Of a stretch of DNA of 64,000 bases, positions 1 to 7,251 are shown in pieces; the first letter of the stretch is position 1; each line of letters begins with the position of its first letter. The position numbers and the translations under genes are program-made. The notes below the pieces were generated by a model that saw nothing but the letters and a program-made list of their open reading frames with translations, ran no database searches and had not been told where the DNA came from. This DNA comes from Dehalococcoidia bacterium. Lineage in GTDB: Bacteria > Chloroflexota > Dehalococcoidia > UBA2979. The DNA is taken from NCBI GenBank assembly GCA_964291495.2, contig OZ219868.1, positions 80,743-144,742 of the forward strand, in the 5' to 3' direction.

Positions 1-172
1 ACACCATGAATCCGCTGCACAGGTCGTAGTAGTCCTTGACCGTCTCCGTGTGGTCGTACCCGGCTTCTGGCGCCGCCCGATCGATCCAGCCGTCGAAGCG
101 CTGGACTCTGTGCCTGACGTCCGTTCCCCGGTACGCATCTCGCAGCTCTCTCGATAGCCTGCGCAACTGCAC
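1..172 (-). CDS. 5' part of a SAM-dependent sterol C24-methyltransferase (SMT/Erg6)-like protein; runs off the left edge of the window
   Basis: Not in the ORF track. The minus strand from GTG at 172 (GGAGGAG SD at 182-188) reads MQLRRLSRELRDAYRGTDVRHRVQRFDGWIDRAAPEAGYDHTETVKDYYDLCSGFMV with no stop. 'TETVKDYYDLCSGFMV' matches the SMT segment (V-x-x-YYDL-x-T/S-x-F) that precedes the GWG-x-SFHF sterol-binding region I. Only 57 codons are visible. Confidence 0.7.
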   Translation of the reverse strand, partial: MQLRRLSRELRDAYRGTDVRHRVQRFDGWIDRAAPEAGYDHTETVKDYYDLCSGFMV

Positions 173-303
173 GCCCTGGCTCTCCTCCCCGATCGCGCCG
201 ATCGTGGTACGCGGTCTGGTCTAGCTGCCTGCTGAGGATGACGCCGATCTCCACGGGGTCGGGCCGTGGCGGTCGGCGACGGGGATGGTTCGCCGCGTCA
301 GCG

Positions 304-2349
304 TTATGAGCTCGCGGCCGGCGCTGTGGGGATCTCGCGCCGCTGCTCGGCGATGTGGAACTTCAGCTTCTTGCTCACCGAGAGCGACGGGAACGGGTCG
401 ATCTTGAGCTTGTAGTTCCTGGGCGCCACCTCGATCGTGAAGTGGTGCGCGAGCAGCAGCAGGTTGACGGCGAGCTGCAGCTCCATCCAGCGGTTCCCGA
501 GGCAGGTATGCGTACCCAGCCCGAACGGGGCGTACCCGGGGCTGAGGTGTTCGTTGCGCGGAGGCAGGTAGCGGTCGATGTCGAATGTCCACGGCTCCGG
601 GAAGATGTCGCTCATGTAGTGCGCCGCTGCCTGGGCGATGAAGATCCGTGACCCCTCCGGGATTTCGTAACCCTCGACCACGCACGCATTCATCACGGTC
701 CGGACGGACATCGGAACGATCGAGTACATGCGCATGGATTCCATGATGAAGCGGCGCGTCACGTCGATCGAGTCCTCCGTGAAGCCCTCGCGTCCGGGAT
801 CGCCGCCATCGAACAGGGCGTCCGCCTCTTCCCGGATCCTGGCGTAGAGCTCGGGCTGGGACGCCATCGCGTAGAGCGCGAAGCTCAGGCCATCGCCGAG
901 GTAGACGCTGGCGATCAGCGGCGCGGAGAGGACGAAGCGCAGGTTCGACTCCGGGAGGAACGAAGGGTCGCTCGAGTGCAAGCTGAGCAGGTCGTCCGCG
1001 AGATCGCGGGGGCAGCCCGCCCGCTGGGCGGCCGTGTGGACACTCTGGACGCGCTCCAGCAGCACCTGGATGCTCTTTGCCCGGCGCCGCATTCCCGGGG
1101 TCTTGAGCATGAACTTGGGCATGACACCCAGGACGTGCGTGGACAGCGCCCGCGTCTTGTACTTGACCAGATCGTCCAGGACGTCCTGCGAGTCGACGCT
1201 GATCATCAGGGGCGAGATCTGGGAGTTGATCAGCTGCCGGCACATGGACACCGCGGGGCGAGTGTCTCCAACCTCCCAGGTCGCCATGTGTGACCGGGTG
1301 TGGTCGTAGAGATCCTCGAGTTGCCCTTCCAGCCTCGCGCGCGAGTACCCCGGCGCCAGGGCCTTGCGGAACCGGAAGTGATCGGCGCCGTCCAGCGCGG
1401 GCAAGATTCCCGATGCGCCATAGACCTTCTCGAAGTCCTGGAGATAGTCCCGGGCCCTCAGGTACGTGCGCCCCTGCCGATGCGCCCAGTAGTTCGTCTC
1501 CGACCCGGCCAGGACGAGCATGGGCTTCTGGAACGGCGGGTTGAGCTGGTACACGGGCCCGTACTGTTCGGCGAGATCCGCGAACAGTGCGGGGAGATTG
1601 CCGTCGCGAAGATGCCGGTGCAGCGCGAACTTGAGCAGCGGTACCTGGGGAATCGACTTCGTAAGGCCGGCACGTCCGATCAAGGGGACGTTCATGTTCT
1701 GGGTGACTGCCTCGGCGATCGCCCGCCCGATCAGGTCCATCCGGCAGACAAGCTCGATGCGCTCCTCCAGCTCGTCGTCGAGCTGGAACATGAAGCGAAA
1801 CACGTCACAGGTATTGACGAGGGCGACAATGATCACGTCACGAGGGTCGGGGATCTCGTTGTTGAAGAGCACCCTGCTGATGCGCGTCTTGACGAACTGG
1901 GCAGCGGTGCCTTCCCTCTCGCTGCTGAACATCTCGGTCTGCCATGCACGATTCGCAAGCGTCCAGAAGTCGCCTTCGTGATGCTCCAGGATCTGTCGAT
2001 CAACCAGGCGCTCAAGCGTCAGGTCGATGATCGACTCTGCACGCGGCGCAAGCCGTTCGATCCAGTATTGCGCGTTTCGCTGCGTCGTTTCACTTGCAAT
2101 CTGATCCAGAATGGGATCCAGAACAGGATTGCCGGTTTCCGTCTGGTCCAGAAGGATCAGGGAGTCCATGTCTGTATCGATACGAGATATGAGCGACAGC
2201 TCCGCAAGTGCGGCGCCGACGACGGCGCAGTTCAAGTGCCAGCCTGGTACCTGGTGAAAGTACCCGCTCTCTTCATTGAGCAGCATCAGGATGAGCTCTT
2301 CGGGCAAACTCAGCGCTTGAGTCGTCACGCGGTCGGTAGCGAGAGTCAT
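304..2349 (-). CDS. GOLPH3/GPP34-domain::cytochrome P450 fusion protein (copy A)
   Basis: N-terminal ~210 aa 'LSLPEELILMLLNEESG...AVVGAALAELSLISRID...TGNPVLDPILDQI...YWIERL...LERLVDRQIL' is typical of the GPP34/GOLPH3 family. The C-terminal P450 has ExxR (ESMR), a PERF-like DIDRY and the heme ligand FGLGTHTCLG. GGAGG SD upstream. Confidence 0.9.
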   Translation of the reverse strand: MTLATDRVTTQALSLPEELILMLLNEESGYFHQVPGWHLNCAVVGAALAELSLISRIDTDMDSLILLDQTETGNPVLDPILDQIASETTQRNAQYWIERLAPRAESIIDLTLERLVDRQILEHHEGDFWTLANRAWQTEMFSSEREGTAAQFVKTRISRVLFNNEIPDPRDVIIVALVNTCDVFRFMFQLDDELEERIELVCRMDLIGRAIAEAVTQNMNVPLIGRAGLTKSIPQVPLLKFALHRHLRDGNLPALFADLAEQYGPVYQLNPPFQKPMLVLAGSETNYWAHRQGRTYLRARDYLQDFEKVYGASGILPALDGADHFRFRKALAPGYSRARLEGQLEDLYDHTRSHMATWEVGDTRPAVSMCRQLINSQISPLMISVDSQDVLDDLVKYKTRALSTHVLGVMPKFMLKTPGMRRRAKSIQVLLERVQSVHTAAQRAGCPRDLADDLLSLHSSDPSFLPESNLRFVLSAPLIASVYLGDGLSFALYAMASQPELYARIREEADALFDGGDPGREGFTEDSIDVTRRFIMESMRMYSIVPMSVRTVMNACVVEGYEIPEGSRIFIAQAAAHYMSDIFPEPWTFDIDRYLPPRNEHLSPGYAPFGLGTHTCLGNRWMELQLAVNLLLLAHHFTIEVAPRNYKLKIDPFPSLSVSKKLKFHIAEQRREIPTAPAASS

Positions 2350-2504
2350 CCATCTTCCTCCCTGCCCGTCATCAAAATAGTGTAGGTCACGCGCTCAGGC
2401 CTCGCAAGGCGACATCCGTGAGACGTCCGGCCAGCCGTGCGGGGAACGCCCCGCTCCCGTATCCTGACTCCGTGCAGCGGACGACAACAGCGGGAAGGCA
2501 GGCC

Positions 2505-3887
2505 ATGGCAACGGGCCGGGGAGCGAGAGCGCCACGGCGAATTGCCATTGTCGGCGGGGGTATTTCCGGGTTGGCCGCGGCGTGGGCGCTGCACCATCAC
2601 CCGGACCGCTTTGACTTCCGCCTCTTCGAGGCTCGGGACCAGCTTGGCGGCAACGCGATCACGGCTGATATGCCGCAAGGTGACGGCAATTCGATCCCGT
2701 TCGACATTTCTGTTACCGCCTGTATCCCATCTGTATACGACCATATTGTCCTGCTCATGGAGCAGTTTGGCATCGAGCTGCTCGACACAAGATTCAGCTA
2801 CAGTGTGAAGTACGCGGGCCAGGTATACGCGCACGACTTCGACTCTGATATCAGGGAAGAACTGCGATCTGAGATTGCGAGATTCCAACGACTCTTAAGG
2901 CGGCTGCATTGGTTCGGAGCCCTCACCCGGTCCCGGTCGAAGCTCCTGAACGCGCTCAATCCGTTCAACTACATCAGCATGGGAACGGTGCTCAATCTGG
3001 GAGGGTTTTCCGCCGACTTCCGCTACAAGGTGTTGAAGCCGATGTTCGTCAACTTCCTGATGGCGACGAACGTGTTCGATATGCCTGCGGCGCTCTTCAC
3101 GAGGTACCTCGAGTTCTTCGATATCGAGACCGCCACGCCGATGCAGACGTGGGACCAGGGCACGCGACGCATCTACGAGCAGCTGTCGGCCGGCTTCCTC
3201 GACAAGATCTCCCTGAGCCGCCCGGTCCGGAAGGTGTATCGCCGCGCCGCCGGAGTCGTCGTCGAGGACGAGGACGGCGCGCGGGAGGCGTTCGACGATG
3301 TGGTCTTCGCGTGCAACGCGAACCAGACGCTGATGATGCTCGACAGGCCTACGATGCTCGAGCGCCAGCTCCTCTCCTCGATTCGCTACGACAGCGAGCT
3401 GCACAACCACGCGATCGTGCACTCGGACTCCTCGGTCCTGCCTGACAACGAGGTCAAGCCGCTGACGACGCGCAGTAATCACATCGAGCAGTACGGGGCG
3501 CGGCCGGACAACTACGAGATCACCTACATCATGCACAACCAGCAGCCGTGGGCGAACAAGTCGGACAAGCCCTGCCTGGTCACCTACAACCCGATCAGCC
3601 GCATCGACGAGGAGAAGATCGTCAAGCGAACGTGGTTCCAGCACATCGTCCACGACGTGCGCCACGTCGCCCTGACCGTGAACCTCTTCCGCTTCATCCA
3701 GGGGAAGCGACGAACCTGGCACTGCGGCGCCCACACGCTGATCAACAGCCAGGAGACGTGCTTCGTCACCGGGCTCGCCGCGGCGAGGCAACTCGGCGCC
3801 GACTACCCCTTCGAGGATCCTGCGGCGCGGCAGTCATTCAACTACTACGGCAGCATCCTCTACGGCTCGCGATTCAGGAAGGCGTAG
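2505..3887 (+). CDS. FAD-dependent oxidoreductase, COG2907-like (amine-oxidase fold; lipid desaturase/isomerase-like)
   Basis: GGGISGLAAAW dinucleotide-binding motif and LFEARDQLGG. Later motifs VFACNANQ, HSDSSVLP, ITYIM, LVTYNP and IQGKRRTWHCGA parallel the COG2907 family. ATG 2505 is preceded by GGAAGG and is preferred over GTG 2418. Confidence 0.8.
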   Translation: MATGRGARAPRRIAIVGGGISGLAAAWALHHHPDRFDFRLFEARDQLGGNAITADMPQGDGNSIPFDISVTACIPSVYDHIVLLMEQFGIELLDTRFSYSVKYAGQVYAHDFDSDIREELRSEIARFQRLLRRLHWFGALTRSRSKLLNALNPFNYISMGTVLNLGGFSADFRYKVLKPMFVNFLMATNVFDMPAALFTRYLEFFDIETATPMQTWDQGTRRIYEQLSAGFLDKISLSRPVRKVYRRAAGVVVEDEDGAREAFDDVVFACNANQTLMMLDRPTMLERQLLSSIRYDSELHNHAIVHSDSSVLPDNEVKPLTTRSNHIEQYGARPDNYEITYIMHNQQPWANKSDKPCLVTYNPISRIDEEKIVKRTWFQHIVHDVRHVALTVNLFRFIQGKRRTWHCGAHTLINSQETCFVTGLAAARQLGADYPFEDPAARQSFNYYGSILYGSRFRKA

Positions 3888-4036
3888 CGCCCGAGGGCCC
3901 TCGTCACAGGGGTCCGGCGGACCCCGCGGCGCGCACCGTTCGGCGTGCGACGAGCGGGTGACTCTCGTATTCTGGATCTGTGCCCGCTTTGCGGGGAGGC
4001 CGTCAACCCGGTATCCGGGGTGAGGAGGGCCGAGCG

Positions 4037-5143
4037 ATGCCAGTCCGACACGGCGAGCCCGCGATTGTCTCGCTGCCCCCGTTCCCCGAGGGCTGGTACT
4101 TCGTCACGAGCCGCAAGGCCCTGCAGCAGGCCGGGCTCATCCAGAAGACCTGGATGGGCGAGGACATCGTCGTCTGGACTGACGAGGAAGGCCGCGCCTG
4201 CGTCGCCGAGGCCATCTGCCCGCACCTGGGCTCCGATCTGGGACCCGACGCGGGCGGGCGCGTCTGCGCCGGCCGGCTCGTCTGCCCCTTCCATGGCTTC
4301 GAGTTCGATACGACCGGCCAGTGCGTCGACACTCCCTACGCTCCCCCGCCCAGGTCCGCCAGGCTGCGCGTCTTCGAGACACGAGAGATCGCCGGCCTGA
4401 TCTTCGGCTGGTGGGGGATCGGAGGTCGGGAGCCTCAATGGAGCCTCCCCGAGGAGACGCCGGACCAGACCGGCTGGAGCGAGGTGTACGTCCAGACGCT
4501 CCGCTTCCCCGGCCACCCCCAGGAGATCGCGGAGAACTCGGTGGACCTGGCCCACCTCCGCTACATCCACGGCTACCACAGCGTGAACCGCGTCGAACCG
4601 GCCTCGGTAGACGGGCACCACATGGTGAGCCGGTTCGACTTCACGAGTCGCCGCAAGGTCGCGAAGGTGGCGACCCTCACCTTCGAGCTCTCCGCCAACA
4701 CCGACATCTACGGGCTGGGCTACTCGTTCGTCGACATCCGGGAGCACACGATCGGCATGGATCTGCGTCTGTGGATCCTGGCGACGCCCGTTGACGGCAC
4801 GCTCGTCGACATGACGCTGGCCTCGCAGGTGCGGGAGATCAGCAACCCGAAGCGACTGTTCGTCGGCCTGGGCTTCCTCCCGCGCAAGCTCCGCGCCCCG
4901 CTCATGAACAGGTTCATGGCGTCCCGGCAGCGTCAGGACGTGCTGGACGACGTCGTGATCTGGAGCCGCAAGCAGTTCGTGTCGCCTCCGCGCCTCAACC
5001 GCTCCGACGGCGAGATCATGGCCTATCGGGCGTACTGCGCCCAGTTCTACCCCGACCCGACCGCCGACGAGAGCGCCGCTGCGACGCACATGGCGCCGCC
5101 CCGGGAAGTCCCGAGAGCCGCGGCCGTCTCGCTGCGCGACTAG
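4037..5143 (+). CDS. Rieske non-heme iron oxygenase, Neverland/DAF-36 (cholesterol 7-desaturase) / KshA-like
   Basis: FPEGWY N-terminus, Rieske ligands CPHLG...CPFHG, mononuclear Fe motif ENSVDLAHLRYIH, and C-terminal D-x-x-IW-x-x-K...P-x-L...DGEI-x-x-YR-x-Y-x-x-QFY characteristic of sterol Rieske oxygenases. GAGGAGG SD before ATG 4037. Confidence 0.85.
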   Translation: MPVRHGEPAIVSLPPFPEGWYFVTSRKALQQAGLIQKTWMGEDIVVWTDEEGRACVAEAICPHLGSDLGPDAGGRVCAGRLVCPFHGFEFDTTGQCVDTPYAPPPRSARLRVFETREIAGLIFGWWGIGGREPQWSLPEETPDQTGWSEVYVQTLRFPGHPQEIAENSVDLAHLRYIHGYHSVNRVEPASVDGHHMVSRFDFTSRRKVAKVATLTFELSANTDIYGLGYSFVDIREHTIGMDLRLWILATPVDGTLVDMTLASQVREISNPKRLFVGLGFLPRKLRAPLMNRFMASRQRQDVLDDVVIWSRKQFVSPPRLNRSDGEIMAYRAYCAQFYPDPTADESAAATHMAPPREVPRAAAVSLRD

Positions 5144-6486
5144 GCGGGCGCCTCGAGTGGCGCCCGCTTCGGCGGCGGCTCACGTGAGGCGAGGATAGCG
5201 AGGGCGCCGCCGAGGTAGGCGGCGACGAAGGCCGCAAATACGCCCTCGTACGACCCGACCGCGTCGAAGTACAGCCCACCGAGGACGGGACCCAGCGCAC
5301 CGAAGACGATCGTGAACGGCGCCGCGACGCCTCGCACCGCCCCGATGTGCACGCGCCCGAAGTACTTCGCCCAGATGAACTCACTGAGCGGTACCGTTCC
5401 ACCGAACCCGAAGCCCCAGAAGAAGAACGCGACGAACATCAGCGGCAGCGCTCCCAGCTGCGCCGCGACGAGCATGGTGACGACGCCCGTCGCCGAGATC
5501 GACAGCGCCGTCGCCCCGAGGTAGCGGACGTGCACCCGCTGCAGGAAGTAACCCCACACGAACTTCGAGCTGAGGTTGGCGCCGCCGTTGACCGCGATCG
5601 CCAGCGCGGCCTCGGTGCGCGTGAAGCCGTTGTCCGTCATGAACGGAATGGCGTGCACCAGCACCGCCAACAGCGCCATGGTGTTCAGCCCGTAGCCGAC
5701 GATCAGCAGCCAGATCGCCGGCGTGCGCAGCGCCTCGCCGCGCGTGTAGGAGTTCGCGGCGTCCTGCGCCTGAGCCTCGGCCGCCGTGCCGCCGCCCCTC
5801 GCCCGCGCGCCGGGCTCGACGCCGTCGGGTCGAAGACCGTGGTCCTCGGGCCGCCGCCGCATCACGAGCGCGACCGGCACGACGATCGCGAACATGAACA
5901 GCGCGAGGATCGCGTAGGCGTCGCGCCACCCGGTCGAGTCGACAATGCGCGTCATCGTCAGCGGCATGATCAGCCCCGCGAGCGAGATGCCCGACGAGCC
6001 GAGCGCGATCGCCCAGCCGCGCCGCAGCACGAACCACTTCGAGAGCGTCGCGTTCACGACGAGCGGTCCGACCATCGAGAATCCGGCGCCGCCGGCGATC
6101 ATCGAGAGCGCGACGAACTGCCACAGCTCCTCGACACGCGACATCGCGAAGAACGAGACGGCGTAGACGCAGGCGCCGGCAAGCATCAGCGGCCGCGCCC
6201 CGTAGCGGTCGATGAACGGCCCGGCCACGAACCCGGCGACGCCGCCAAGCAGGAAGGCGGACGAGCCGCCGAGGGTGTACTCGGCCGCGGTCCAGCCGAG
6301 TTCCTCGGTCATCGGGCGGAGGAAGACGCCGGCGATGGCCCCGCCGGCGCCCATCGCCGCGAACTGGGCGACGATCGCCCCGGCGACGATGTACCAGCCC
6401 CAGAAGACGCGGCGAGGCCTCGCGGCGGGTAGTGCCCTCGAGCGCGGCTCGTCGTCGTCCACGGGCGCGGCGGGCTCGCGACTCAT
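5140..6486 (-). CDS. MFS transporter
   Basis: About 12 hydrophobic segments, MFS motif A (GPFIDRYGARP) and WFVLRRG. TATGCT -10 box 6 nt before the ATG suggests a leaderless mRNA. Confidence 0.9.
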   Translation of the reverse strand: MSREPAAPVDDDEPRSRALPAARPRRVFWGWYIVAGAIVAQFAAMGAGGAIAGVFLRPMTEELGWTAAEYTLGGSSAFLLGGVAGFVAGPFIDRYGARPLMLAGACVYAVSFFAMSRVEELWQFVALSMIAGGAGFSMVGPLVVNATLSKWFVLRRGWAIALGSSGISLAGLIMPLTMTRIVDSTGWRDAYAILALFMFAIVVPVALVMRRRPEDHGLRPDGVEPGARARGGGTAAEAQAQDAANSYTRGEALRTPAIWLLIVGYGLNTMALLAVLVHAIPFMTDNGFTRTEAALAIAVNGGANLSSKFVWGYFLQRVHVRYLGATALSISATGVVTMLVAAQLGALPLMFVAFFFWGFGFGGTVPLSEFIWAKYFGRVHIGAVRGVAAPFTIVFGALGPVLGGLYFDAVGSYEGVFAAFVAAYLGGALAILASREPPPKRAPLEAPA

Positions 6487-6659
6487 GGCGGCAGCATAGC
6501 GGCAGTGGAGGCTCGGTCAGGCGCGCAGCGCGGTCCAGCTCCGCCATGGACCGGCAGCGCGGTTCAATGCCAGAACCTGGGTCGTGTCCGGGAGTACGGC
6601 CGGCCAAGGAGGACCGTACTGCGAGCTTCACAGCATGTACAGAGGGCTGCTCATCGTCA

Positions 6660-6840
6660 CGGACGGTCGCGAATCTGAGGGCGGGTGTGCGGGTCGAGGT
6701 GCCGATCATCGAGGCGGTCGAGGGCTCAGATCTTGTTACCAATGAACAGACACCGGTTTCCGCGTTCAGAAGCGACAAGATCGAGCGCGTGCCGTTGGTC
6801 GTGACCGTCCCGCTCACGCGCCGGAAGACCCGACAACTGG
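6660..6840 (+). pseudogene. Probable degraded gene fragment, homologous to 16620-16713
   Basis: The + frame reads ...VRVEVPIIEAVEGSDLVTNEQTPVSAFRSDKIERVPLVVTVPLTRRK with GC3-rich codons. The SDKIERVPLVVTVPLTRR block recurs at 16645. No credible start/SD. Confidence 0.4.
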
Positions 6841-7072
6841 CTACGGCGCCCTCGCCTGATCGTCCCAGGGGGTCTCGTCCTGAGTGCCGCAGCGCCGTCC
6901 CGGATCTCAGTGTGTAGTAGGAGAAGCGCCTACTAGTGGGGTGCGGTCTCGGGACTGATGAGACCGCGGCGTTCCTCGCCCCGGGTGCGGATCCAGGTGA
7001 CCAGACACATGAGGCGGTCACGGGGCAGTCGCCTGCTGTCGCGGTAGTCGCGGGCACGATTAGGGCCGAGTG

Positions 7073-7170
7073 AGACATTGAGCAGTAATCGGTACAAATT
7101 GACCGCTGCATTGGACGGAAACACAACAACCAATGGTTATGATCCACACGCTATATCACTGATTCGCATC
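7073..7170 (+). promoter_or_regulatory. Conserved upstream promoter/operator module of P450 copy B (homologous to 13638-13734)
   Basis: AGACATTG-N2-CAGTA-N5-TACAA...TGGACG...AACAACC...TATGAT(-10, 7138-7143)CCA...ATCAC-T-GATTCGCATC. The same blocks occur in the same order upstream of the P450 at 13571. Confidence 0.7.
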
Positions 7171-7251
7171 CTAGGCAGGGATGGGAGCCGACGTTCGGAC
7201 GGGCGGTACCACAACTTCACGGGAGCCGATGTGTTCCAGGAGGAGGATTCC

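Noticed and set aside
6840-6912. Minus-strand similarity to the RBS/start region of hybrid kinase 1 (GAGATCCGGGACGGCG vs GAGATTCCGGGAAGGCG)
   Set aside because: Short, gapped and GC-rich, and no kinase-like reading frame follows; cannot be distinguished from chance.
6915-7025. Adjacent hairpins (TAGTAGG/CCTACTA; GCGGTCTC/GAGACCGC) containing CTGATGAG, suggestive of a hammerhead ribozyme core
   Set aside because: No GAAA follows any plausible stem II and the stem I/III pairings cannot be built; treated as ordinary hairpins.
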